In this document: positions 12,521 to 24,230 of the stretch, piece after piece
Layout of the letters: every line of letters starts with the position of its first letter
Position numbering within the stretch: position 1 is the first letter of the stretch
Assembly: GCA_043228905.1 (NCBI GenBank)
Contig: JBHGNT010000016.1
Span: 15,314,001-15,378,000, forward strand
Reading direction: 5' to 3'
Length of the DNA: 64,000 nt
Source of the DNA: Azolla caroliniana
Lineage: Eukaryota; Plantae; Polypodiophyta
Translations under genes and position numbers: made by a program
The notes under the pieces: model-generated
What the model saw: only the letters and a program-made list of their open reading frames with translations
What the model was told of the DNA's origin: nothing
Database searches by the model: none

Positions 12521-15500
12521 ATGGACGAATCGTTTGGCGGCATGTTCAAGCTCACCAGCTCCAACTATTCAGTGTGGAAGTCGAAGATGAGGGACATGCT
12601 CGTAGTTAAAGACCTCTAGCTGCCGGTTCAGTTCGGGGACAAGAGACCGGACAAAATCGACGCCGCGATATGGGAGGTGATGCACATGAAGACAATGGCG
12701 TACATACGGTGCTTCATCGACATGAGCCTATACAACAACTTCAATGAAGAGAGCAAGGCTCATGAGCTCTGGGAGAAGATCGGCATTATGTTCCAGAACA
12801 AAAATGTTGTCAATCAGGTGTCGGTATTCCAGAAGCTAGTAAGACTCCGGTACCAAGATGGCTCCAGCATGGCGGAGCACATGAATGCCTTCCAGGGGCT
12901 GATACACCAGACAACGTCATTGGAAGTACCTCTTGTCGACGAGGTACTAGCGCTACTCCTGCTCGGTTCCCTCCCAGATAGCTGGGAGACGTTGGTTGTC
13001 ACTTTGGGCAACGCCGGGCCGGAAGGAAAACGGTTATCCCTAGCAAGAGTAAAGTCGAGCTTGCTAGATGAGGAGGCGCGTCTGAAGGATAAAGATACGA
13101 GCTCCGACTCCAAAGCGCTCCTTACCGAATCGGAACGCGGAAGACAAAGAAACCGTAGTCCTCAGAACCGGGAGAAGTCGGGGACACGGTCAAAGTCAAG
13201 GGGGAGACCTACTTGCTTCTATTGCGGCAAGCCGGGACACTTCCAAAAGAACTGTCAGCATTTCCGTAAAGACAAGGAAACCGACGGTACCGATTCGAAG
13301 CAAACCCCGGACCGGAACGGTAAAGACCGGAGGGGGCCGGACCGGAAGGGAACAACGGCAATCGCGGCAAGTGAAGAAGAGTTGATGCTCATCACCGAGG
13401 AGAGTGAGATGAACCTTGCCGGCGACGAGATGACCTGGGTGGTAGACTCCGGAGCGTCGTTCCACCTTACCCCGGACCGGAAATGCTTCTCATCCTACTC
13501 AGCCGGTGACCACGGCTGTGTCTGGATGGGGAATGAAGGTACATGCCGAATTATCGGCATAGGAGACGTGTGGCTGTCAACACCAATAGGATGCAAGTTG
13601 CTGCTGAAGGATGTCCGACACGTTCCGGAGGTTCGTCTGAACCTGATATCAGCCGGTCGGCTAGATGATGAAGGCTACACGGGTAGCATCCGGAACGGTG
13701 TCATGAAGTTCAGCAAAGGGAGCCTGATTGTGGCTCGGGCCCGGAAGGTAAACACACTATACCTGATGAATGCCCGGTTATGTCCGGAAGAAGTGAACGT
13801 GGCATCCAACATTGCCGGTGAGCTGTGGCACAAGAGGCTGTGTCATATGAGCAAGAAGGGGATGAAGAGGCTTGCAGATGACAACCTCATTCCAGTGAAG
13901 ATCGTGCACTTGGAGAAGTGCACTAATTGTCTGGCCGGTAAGCAGAACCGGACCTCCTTTCGATCAAGGCCACCGATGACACGTAATGCACCACTGGAGT
14001 TGGTGCATACGGATGTGTGTCAAGTAGACACGAAGTCACATGCCGGAGCGCAGTACTTCGTGACGTTCATAGATGACCACAGTCGGAAGTTGTGGGCCAC
14101 ACCGTTGAAGACAAAGGATCAGGTGTTATCCGTCTTCAAAGAGCTCCACGCAAGAGTGGAAAGAGAAACCGGCCGGAAGCTGAAGACGGTTCGAGCAGAT
14201 AACAGAGGAGAGTACCGGGGGCAGTTCGAGGAGTACTGCCGCTCGAAGGGAATCCGGCTCGAATTTACCGTGCCGAAGACGCCGGAACTAAACGAACTGG
14301 CCGAGAGGATGAACCGGACCATAATGGAGAGGGTGCGGAGTATGCTAGCACATGCAAAACTACCCAAGAAGTTTTAGGCTGAGGCACTGTCGACGGCGAC
14401 ATATGTGATAAACAGATCACCCTCAGTACCCTTGGACGGAGACACGCCACAGAGAGTATGGACCGGTAAGGAAGTGTCCTACCGGCATCTGAAGGTGTTC
14501 GGGTGTCTCGCGTATGTGCATGTAGCAAAGGACCGGAGAGGGAAGTTAGATCCAAAGACCCGGCCATGCATATTCCTCGGTTACGGTGGCGATGAGTTCG
14601 GCTACCGAGTGTGGGACCCGGTCAACAAGAAGGTATTCCGGAGTCGAGATATTATCTTCATGGAGGACAAGACGCTCGCCGACTGGGAGTCGGAGAAGAA
14701 GATAATGAACTCTGAGTCGACCGGTAAGGATAGACTCTACGATGAGCAGACCCAACCGGTAAGAGACCGGTTAGCACTCAAGGAACTAGCCTGTTACGGT
14801 GAGGATACCGAATCGGCAGAAGAAGAGGTAGAGGAAGCTGAGACCGGAACCGGCCAAGACCCCGAATCGGATTCGGATGAAGAGCAAATGGAGGAGCCGG
14901 TTACCGAAGCCCGAAGACGGAGATATCCTCTCAGAGAGAGAAGGGCGCCCCGGAGATTTCCGGATGCAGAGCATGTTCTGCTAACCGATGAGGGGGAGCT
15001 GGAAAGCTTCGAAGAAGTGAAGGAAGACACCCACAGCCGAAAATGGTTAAGTGCCATGCAGGACGAGATGGATTCCCTGCATGAGAACCATACATACGAA
15101 TTGGTGGAGTTGCCGAAAGGAAAGCGGGCATCCCGAAACAAGTGGGTGTACAAGTTGAAACCGGGAGATGCCGGCAACCCCCCGAGATACAAAGCCAGGA
15201 TTGTGGTGAAGGGGTTCCAGCAGAAGAAGGGCGTGGACTTCGACGAGATATTTGCCCCGGTAGTAAAGATGACCTCCATCCGGACGGTGCTGAGTATAGC
15301 TGCAAGCATGGACCTCGAGGTAGAGCAGCTGTACGTGAAGACGGCATTCCTTCACGGCGACCTCGAAGAGGAGATCTACATGCAGCAACCGGAAGGATTT
15401 GTGGAGAAAGAGAAAGAGCACCTGGTATGCCGGTTGAAGAAGAGCCTATATGGACTGAAGCAGGCTCCCCGGCAATGGTATCGGAAGTTCGACTCCTTCA

Positions 15501-16567
15501 TGACCGATCAAGGGTACCACAAGATGCAGGCCGATCACTGCGTGTTTGTGAAGAAGTTCGAAGGAGGTGACTTCTTAATACTCCTCCTATACGTGGATGA
15601 CATGTTGATCGTCGGACGTGACCAAGTCAAAATATGGATGCTGAAGAAGGCTCTCAACCGGACCTTCTCAATGAAAGACTTGGGTTCGGCAAGACAGATG
15701 TTGGGGATGCACATCATCCGTAACCGGAAAGCGAAGCAATTATGGCTGTCACAGGAGAAGTACGTGACAAAGGTGCTTCACCGGTTCAACATGTCAGAAG
15801 CGAAACCGGTCGGATCGACACTTCCGGTAAACTGCAAGCTATCCGGTAAGCAAAGCCCGAGGACGAAAGCAGAGAAGGCGGATATGATGAAGATCCCATA
15901 TGCCTCTGTCGTCGGAAGCTTGATGTACGCAATGGTTTGTACTCGACCGGACATTGGATACGCAGTCGGAGTGGTGAGCCGGTTTATGAGCAATCCCGGC
16001 AAGGAGCACTGGAACGCGGTCAAGTGGATACTCCGGTATTTGAAGGGCACTTCAAATATGTGTCTCCGATTCGTCTCCGGAAAACCTCAACTGGACGGTT
16101 TCACCGATTCGGACATGTCGGTTGATGTGGATACCAGCCGATCTACATTCGAGTATGTGATGACATATGCAGGGGGAGCTGTTTCGTGGCAGTCGAGGCT
16201 GCAGAAGACGGTTGCATTGTCAACCACAGAGGCGGAGTACATGGCGGTTGTGGAAGCCGGCAAGGAAATATTATGGATGAAGGACTTCATCGGAGAGCTC
16301 GGTATACGGCAAGAGGAATACCGACTCTATTGCGACAGTCAAAGTGCCATCCACCTTGCTAAAAATGCGGCCTACCATTCCCGGACGAAGCATATCCAGC
16401 GGAGGCATCACTGGATCCGGGAAAGAGTAGATGACCAGGAGTTCGCACTGATGAAGATCCACACGGCCGAGAACGGGTCAGATATGCTGACCAAAGTGCT
16501 GACACCCGACAAGCTGGATGCATGCCGGAAGAGAATCGGACTGGTAAGACACCCCATGCCGGAGTGA
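12521..16567 (+). pseudogene. Near-intact copia gag-pol with two premature stops
   Basis: ATG at 12521. In-frame TAG at 12617 and 14375, both at Trp positions. ORFs 12677-14377 and 14405-16567 carry CCHC, DSGA, integrase, YVDD and RNase H. Confidence 0.93.
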
Positions 16568-16577
16568 AGGGGGAGTT

Positions 16578-17215
16578 TGTTGGGAGACAGGTCCCTCCGG
16601 AGTACCCGGCTACGGAGAGCCAGATGATACAGGACCGGTGTGAACCGGATGAATAGTACCCGGCTACGGAGAGCCGGATGATACAGGCCCGGTGTGAACC
16701 GGATGAGTAGTACCCGGCTACGGAGAGCCGGATGGTGCAGAACCGGTATGAACCGGAGGAAGAGACATATTCGTAAATATGTTTTTGAGAGCCCATTGTG
16801 GCTACATTTGTAAATAGCCGAAAAGTCATATTAGTATAAATATGACTTATGGCAAACTTTTAAGTTGTGGCTGTCATTTTCTTGTTGATGCAAGAAGAAG
16901 AAGAGAGAGCACGTAACGTTGTACAGAGAGAGAGAGAAAGAGTTCGTTGCCTCTGTTGTAACCGCCGCCTGTGGCGAAGATCGTGAGCACGAGGTCGTTG
17001 CCTCCGTGAACTCACTGTTTTGTACATTCATACATAGTGACAGTTTGCAGCCTGTGGGCTGCCGTGGTTTTTCCCCCTAGTTTGGGGTTTTCCACGTTAA
17101 CCTCATGTGTACCATTTCTCTTCTTTGTGTCGTGTTCTATTTCCCATTTTCTGTGTATGAAAAGAATCTCGGTTGTGGCCGAGTCTTGCGCATAAGGAAC
17201 GACAAGTTCCCGTCA
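16578..17215 (+). repeat. 3' LTR of copia-2
   Basis: Near-identical to 11740-12491 except one fewer 54-bp unit and a 60-bp deletion. Confidence 0.95.
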
Positions 17216-19577
17216 GAATATATCATTTGTCATGTGTTGGAAGACTATTGGAGCATTAGTGAGGCCGAATGTCATGACCGTATACTCGAAGTGCCCATAT
17301 CTGGTATGAAACGTCGTCTTCCATTCATCTCCTCGTCGGATCTGTACGAGGTTATACGCTCCTCATAAGTCGATCTTTGTGAAGAACCTTGCACCATTGA
17401 TCCGTTCTAAAAGACTTGAGATAAGGGGAAGTGCATACCTATTCCTAATGGTGACTTTATTCAATCCATAATAATCGATGACGAGAGGAAGTGATCCATC
17501 CTTTTTCTTGACGAAGAAAATGGGTGCGTCGGCTGGAGATTTCGAATGTCGAATGAAACCATTTGCTAAATTCTCCTCTATATAGGCTCGAAGCACTTCT
17601 AGCTCGGTTGGTGAAAAATTGTAGATCAGTCCTCATGGAGGCTCTTTTCCCGGTTGTAAATCGATGGGGCAATCATACGGTCGATGGTGAGGAAGCGAAT
17701 TAGCTCTTACTTTATCGAACACATCGGCATAATGACGATACTTCTCTAGAAGTTGAACAATGAACTCCTCTTTATTTATACTGGAGGGGTTTACTGATAT
17801 TGCGAAGAGAAACATTTCTTCCTTGCGTCCTTCCTCACGCAACTGATGTAGCGAAATGGTTGCAATCTTATGAGTAGATCCTCGGGCTTGTCGACACCGT
17901 ATTTCTCTTGTTCTCCAATCTATGGCTGGGTTATGTAATTCGAACCATGGTAATCCCAAAACAATGGGATGTTCTAGGATACTAATTATATTAAATGACA
18001 CTACACACGCTAAGTTATCTAGGACAATATTAACGGGTTCTGACTCTTGTATAATATTCCCGGAAGCAATGGGACAACCATCAATGACTACTATAGAGGT
18101 TGGACATGGGAGTTTCTTTAGGGATATTTGATGAGCTTGGGCAAAATTCCTATCCATGAAGCAAGAGTTGGCTCCGGAATCTAAGAGTGCTAAGACATGT
18201 ACTAGAGGAGTACTTTTAGTACTAACCATTACTTGAGCTAAGAACACATTGCTAACTTGATTAGAGGAAATGGAACCACTAATGGGTTGCACAGATCTAG
18301 GGTTGTCCAACCAAACGGCTCCTATTTTGGCTGAACTTAATCGTTTAACTCTTCTTCTAGTTGACTAAGGATTTCAAATTTGTTTGAAAGGCTTGGGCTA
18401 TTCGGAATATCAGACAAACATAGAGAAATAGACTCGAGTTTAGTATTATTAGTACTAGCGGTTATTTGATTTACCTGCCTTTTTAGCCGATGGGGGCAGT
18501 TCACTGCAATATGCCCTAGTCCACCGCAATAAAGACATAATTGATTTGCCCTATGTTGCTGCTTTTCTTCTTCCGATAGTGGTCCGCGACAACGTGTGGT
18601 GTCGATTTCCATTGGAGTCGAAGTATTTGTTGGAGACGTATTGAATGACTCCCTTGGGAAAGGCTTTGCTATGATTGAAGCATAGGTGGGCTCTGATCTT
18701 GTCCTTGGCATTTGGAACTAACATTCCGAATGTCATTCGAAGAGGCGATTATCGCATCGCACCGCACGATTGATTGCTTCTGTCAATGACTTTGGCTCCT
18801 CAGGGAAAGTTAAGGGTAAATCTTTAACATCATTACGTAGGACAAAACGAAATTGCTCCATTAGTGTCTGGTCATCCTAGGGAATATCGGTGGCGAGAAG
18901 ACAGAAATCTGCAGCATAAGCCGAGGCCGGCCGCTCACCTTGGCACAACCTTCGGATTTTGTTGATTGTTGTTCTAACACCGTCGGTATCTCCAAAACAT
19001 GTTTTAAACTCAGTAATAAACTCTTCGAAATTATTTAACAAGGGAGAGCTTTTTTCTAACAGGGGGGCGAACCATGCCAAAGCCGTGCCACTAAGTAGAG
19101 TGCCTACTAGTCCCACTTGTGATGCATCGATGGGATATCGAGAAGGATGCATTTGAATGACTAATCATATCTGATTAAGGAATCCTCTAAACTGCGATCG
19201 CGTTCCATCGAATTTCATGGCAAGGCCAATCTTGGGTTCTTTATGAATCCCTTGTGTACTGGGTCCTTGGTGTTGCATCACTACTAAGGTTGCTTCGAGT
19301 TGTTGCACGCGTACCACTAGTTCCCCATGTTGTTGTTGCATATGCTGCTTTTCTAAGGAGATTTGTTGAAGATTCCCCAACAACCATTGATTTTCTTGTT
19401 CCAAAGCAAGGAACTTCTCTTTCAAGCATTGCAGCTCTGAGAAAACAGATTGATATTCTTGAGCGCTAACAGTGGCCATAGTATGAGAGAAAACAGGAAT
19501 AAGAGATTAGTATGAAGGGAGGGAGAAGTAAGAAGATAAAGGAAGAGAATGAAAGAGATGAAAAAATCGGTTCAAAC

Positions 19578-20025
19578 TGTCGGGAGTAGTACTAAGACAG
19601 AGAAGTACTGTTAGGAACAGTACTAAAACAAAGAAGGAATTAGTACTAAAAGATGAGGATTAGTACTAAGGGAGGTGTAGAACTCTTGAGAGAAGGAATG
19701 AGTGAGTGAGTGAGTGAGTGAGAGAGAGAATGAGGATAACAAAAGATATATATATTATGTTAAGGGAATATACAATAGTAGCTAGGAGGCTTAAGACTAG
19801 CGTTGAACCGATTTGGTTCGAAATAATGCCTTGTGCCTCCTTTTATAGTGTTCTCAAGAGTACTCCTGAAGTTTCTAGAATGTTCCAAAGAAATCTAAAA
19901 TATACATCAATTTTCTATAGTAAAACTTAAATGAAAATAATATATTTCGTATTACAAAACATAGCCTAATGGTAAGAGCTCGACTAACATAAGGTCATGG
20001 GTTCGAGTCTTGCCATATCATGACA
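19578..20025 (-). repeat. 5' LTR of chromovirus copy 1
   Basis: Reverse complement of 61732-62159 (tgtcatgat...gaca). Confidence 0.92.
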
Positions 20026-21010
20026 GAATCTAGGGAAAACTAAAGTCCTTATCTTCCACACATCGGCCCAAGTTAGAGCTAAGTGTCACCTAACTATCTC
20101 CTATAGCCCAGTTGAGGTGGTTGGATCATATGTCTATCTGGAGTCACTTTCAGTGCCCGCTCAGATAAATTTTCGATGACACAAGCAGCGAAGGATAGAC
20201 TTACAAGAGGACATGCATCCCTCTCACTCCTCGAGAGACAATGCCATCAAGCATACTTTCAAGAGCGCTAGTGACTCCCTCCCTCATGTATGCATCAGTG
20301 GTTTGGGCTCCAGGACTACCATCTTTCATGTGGACGCAATTAGAGAGACCATTATTGATAATGTTATCACGACAACTCCGAAGCAAATCGACAGTACCAC
20401 ATGACATTATTAGGGCTGAATTCACTTTACCCCCCGATGTTAGTAGAGACATTTTTTTAACTTGTAGTCTTTATCCACAAGATACATAGCCAACCACATG
20501 ATAGAATATCCCATTTAGCCTTTAGTGATGTATGAGTCCGGCTATACTAGCTCATGGTATGGCATGATAGTGAGTTGGCTTCTTGCGAACAGTCTAGACA
20601 TTAATAACCTCCCTCCCCTTAGGTACAACCACGCGCTTGATAACACTTTAATCTCTCATGAGGACCGCAATAAAGTAATACACCAAGAAATATGGCAAAT
20701 TTACACTTGGTATAAATGGATCACCCCACTATAGTCACTCCTATATAAAATGGTGTACTATAAGGAACACTTCATGCACTTCTCTAAGTTAGGTTTTATT
20801 ACGCGGCCAAAATATCTAAATGTATTCTAACCACATGCACTAAGGGTTGCCATTGGACAACTTAGAATATCATCTCACCAACTGGAGATTGAGAATGGTC
20901 GTACTAATGGAGTCCGTAGGGAGGAAAGGATATGTAGCTTATGCCACATAGAGATAGAGGATGAGTACCACTTTACATGCAAGTGTCCCACCTACGCCAA
21001 GATAAGGGCA
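20026..21010 (+). mobile_element. 3' fragment of a non-L1 LINE (RTEX-like)
   Basis: Translates to NLGKTKVLIF..YVYLG (RT end), then LRISSHQLEIENGR..RICSLCH..EDEYHFTCKCP (C-terminal CCHC). Clade assigned by motif recall. Confidence 0.75.
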
Positions 21011-23128
21011 TCAATTCTAATACCATTATCTACTAAGGCATCCTTAATTAAAAGACCTTTAATGGTTACCGAAATAGTGGGTCGAATATCCGTTCGATCT
21101 TTCACTTGCACAATCTTCGCACAATGTAATGTCTTTATACGTTGTTGTATACTTGATACACGTCCCTACTCCTTTTTTAGTGATGGAGAAAGTTGAAGAA
21201 ATTGTGGCCAAGTGATGCAAGGTCCACTAGAGATTAGCTCTTGCTTGAGAGCAAATGGTTCCACACCTTTCCCCATTGGCATATCATCAATTTTAATCTT
21301 TCTTCACGGATGTTTCTTTCTAGGTCCATCCTCCAAGTTAGTCTCATTGGCCTTCTTCTTTTATTGAGAGTTACTAGACTCTCCTTCCAACTCTTTATTT
21401 TTATGTGATAGTCAATCAGATTTACCTTAGGGGTAATTGTTGGAATTTGCACTAAAGTACTTTCCCCTCCTACCACATGGTTGTTGAGTTGGTGAAAGTT
21501 GTTTCTAGTGTTGTTTTGATTACTCTGAAATTGATCCATGCCTTGACCCCAATCACCTTGTTGTCGTGAAGGACATCGTGTAGATATATGTCCCTCAACA
21601 CCACATGTGTAGCACACAATCACTCTCCTTTGCCTTGGAGCATCTCGAATTTGACTTACATTAACATTTGCTTGCATGTTTTGTATTTTTCGAGTAATTT
21701 CATTGAGACATTGATTTACTTGCTCCGAGAAACCTCCTTCCACCTTAGGTTGAGTAGCTTCTTGCATCACCAAAACATTAGGTTGATATGTCGTAAAAAC
21801 ATTACAGAATACTTGATCTCCATACACAATTGGTGATTGTTGAAGAATAGGATATTTAAATGTTGCAACCATTGAATCCATTCACGCTTGTAGAACTTGC
21901 TTTTGTCTATTGTAGGCTTGACAAGTTTGGATAAGTGCTTGGAAAGTTGTAGGATCCTTTAGATTTTCCTCCAACGCAAAGTGTGGACTTAATCCCGCTT
22001 TGAAGGCGGTCCACCTTAAACCATTCATCCTCCATTCCACCACATAGTCGAATACACGTATTGTAGAGGTTAATAAATTCCCTCTCATAATCGATATACT
22101 CCATTGTTGTTGACATTCGTAAACGAAAGAGTTCCTCTCGCACTTCCCTCACATTTCGGCATCGAATATACTTAGCTTTAAATTGTTTTACCAATAGTTT
22201 GTAATTCAATTGTTGGTTTGGTAGCAAGGACTCATACCAATCCCTTGCCATCCATAAAAAGTAGCCACCAATAGAGGAAGCTTCTCAAAATCCATCGTTT
22301 TCCCTCTTGATATTGCATGATGTTCAAAGGCGGACAAGAAAGCACCCGCATCTTGGACCCCATCACCTGCAAAGGCAAACTAAAAAGCCGTATTGGCTAA
22401 AAACAAGACCTTCCAATTATGTGAACTGAATCTACCCTCCTTGGGGTACAAAGAGAATTGACCCTCCTTGGAGAGCCAAAATGATGGAGAGATATAGAAA
22501 AAGATAGAGAAGAGAAGTGGAAGAGAAAGTAATACTTTAATATACTTTTAAGATAACAATACCATCTTCTTAGACTCAAAAAGTAATAACCCCAAAGAAC
22601 TACCTTAATCTCAATGACATTAATTCATTATAGCCTTTCCTTCTTCTCTCTTTCTTCTACTAATACTCCTCTCACTTCTTCTAGCCTTCTTATTCCTCCC
22701 CAATTGCTAAGAATACCCTCCTGTTTATAGGTTTTTGGTTGCGTTATTCTTGCTTTTTTCTTTTCTTTTCTTTTCTTTTTACATATTCTCGAGTTTATGT
22801 AAGGCATTTTTTTATATCACCACTTCTGTTTTGTCATCTCAAATTTGCCAACAAGAAATCTCTGTTTGTCAACTTTCTTATGAATCTTTTCTTTTGAAAT
22901 TTGGATATGAGATGAAGAAGTTATGAGCTTTTTTCCTTGCCCTACGTTTTCTGCCTTTTTCTTTTTTCCTGTTTTTTCTACTTTTGAAAAACGCATCTAA
23001 CTTTATATCCCTTCAAGTTTCTTCATCTTTTAACTCTTGAACCTTTCATATCGTGCTTTATTCTTATACACCTTAGCATCCAATGTATTTGCCACGGTCT
23101 TTTCTAACGAGCAAAAATTGACATCACA
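21011..23128 (-). mobile_element. Old gypsy remnant: gag plus possible 5' LTR
   Basis: Retrotrans-gag-like ARDWYESL (21907-22251) and CCHC CYTCGVEGHISTRC (21234-21881). Putative LTR start tgtgatgtc at 23128 with TATA at ~22725. Boundaries uncertain. Confidence 0.65.
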
Positions 23129-24230
23129 CTAACCAATAGGTTATTACCAATATTTCCAACACTAGAAAACAAGGGGGAAATCATGAAAAAAAAAACTTAA
23201 CTTTTACCATAAATGTAAAAACACTTTATTACTTTAAAAAAAATCTCTATTAACAATATTTATTGGTAACATATTATTCATATGCTCGATAACAAAAAAC
23301 ACAAATAGTAAGATTTTTGTTATTGTTAATTATCAACATACATCTAATGTTTGGAATTCGTTTGATTTTATTATAAAGTCAAGGTATTCTCATCATTCTT
23401 AACAAGGCATAGGGGTATTCTAGTAAAATTGTGAATTTCGAGCATTTGTATAGTAGCAAAAGTCACAATTTTGTTTATTTCCTACTAAGACTTAACATTC
23501 ATGCAAGTGTTAGAGAGCTTATCTTTATGAAGATGAATAAATCACCTTTGAATTTGGTGAGGCCCATGTGTAAGACAAAAAGGACATAAATATTGATTGT
23601 CAATATAGTGCTACCAAGTATATGAGTTGGAATGCATGTCAATTTACATTGTTCATCCAACACATTAAGCATTCCTTAGGGCTCTAAGTTGTCTACACTA
23701 ACCATTAGTTTATTACTGCTAGTAAGCCGTAGTCATGCAATTAGTGTCATGTTTGTGATAGGAAACCAATCCTATGCATGTGAATATACATTGGTGCACC
23801 AACATGTTAGTTGTTCCTCCAGGTATTCATCTTATCAATACACTTACCACTAGACTATCCAACCACAAGAGTCTAGACTCTCCCTCCCAATGGGTTGAGA
23901 TAATAAGATATTTGTCTAGCTAAGATACTTGATAATGTTGTAAATGTATATCTCAAATGGAGGACACAACTATTTTCGTCACTTGGTTAAGGCTATAGTA
24001 GGCCCATTATAAATACTACCTCAATTGATCATCCTAATAATACAATTGTTTGTAGAGTTTGAAGGAAACTTACATGAGAGTAACTTCTTTCTTTAACAAT
24101 GTAACTACACTCAACATTGACAAGGATGAGAACACAGAATAAAACAAATAGCATGATTATATGATCCATTTATCAAGAGAACATGATTGTGATCAAAACT
24201 AAACTTCGTCTACCTCATATAATAAATAAA

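Larger units (their letters stand above)
11740..17215 (+). mobile_element. Full-length Ty1/copia element (copia-2, family A)
   Basis: TSD GAATA at 11735-11739 and 17216-17220. LTRs 11740-12491 and 16578-17215 (TG..CA). tRNA-iMet PBS tggtatcagagc 12494-12505. PPT 16566-16575. Confidence 0.98.
9031..20025 (-). mobile_element. Chromodomain Ty3/gypsy element, copy 1 (Tcn1/Tf1-sushi-like), interrupted by copia-2
   Basis: gag from 19479, protease LLDSGA, RT, RNase H, integrase and chromodomain (YEVAAILDS..YLVDWLGY..TWEP, 9273-9599). 5' LTR 19578-20025; 3' LTR 9031-9280, truncated on the left. No TSD recoverable. Confidence 0.93.
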
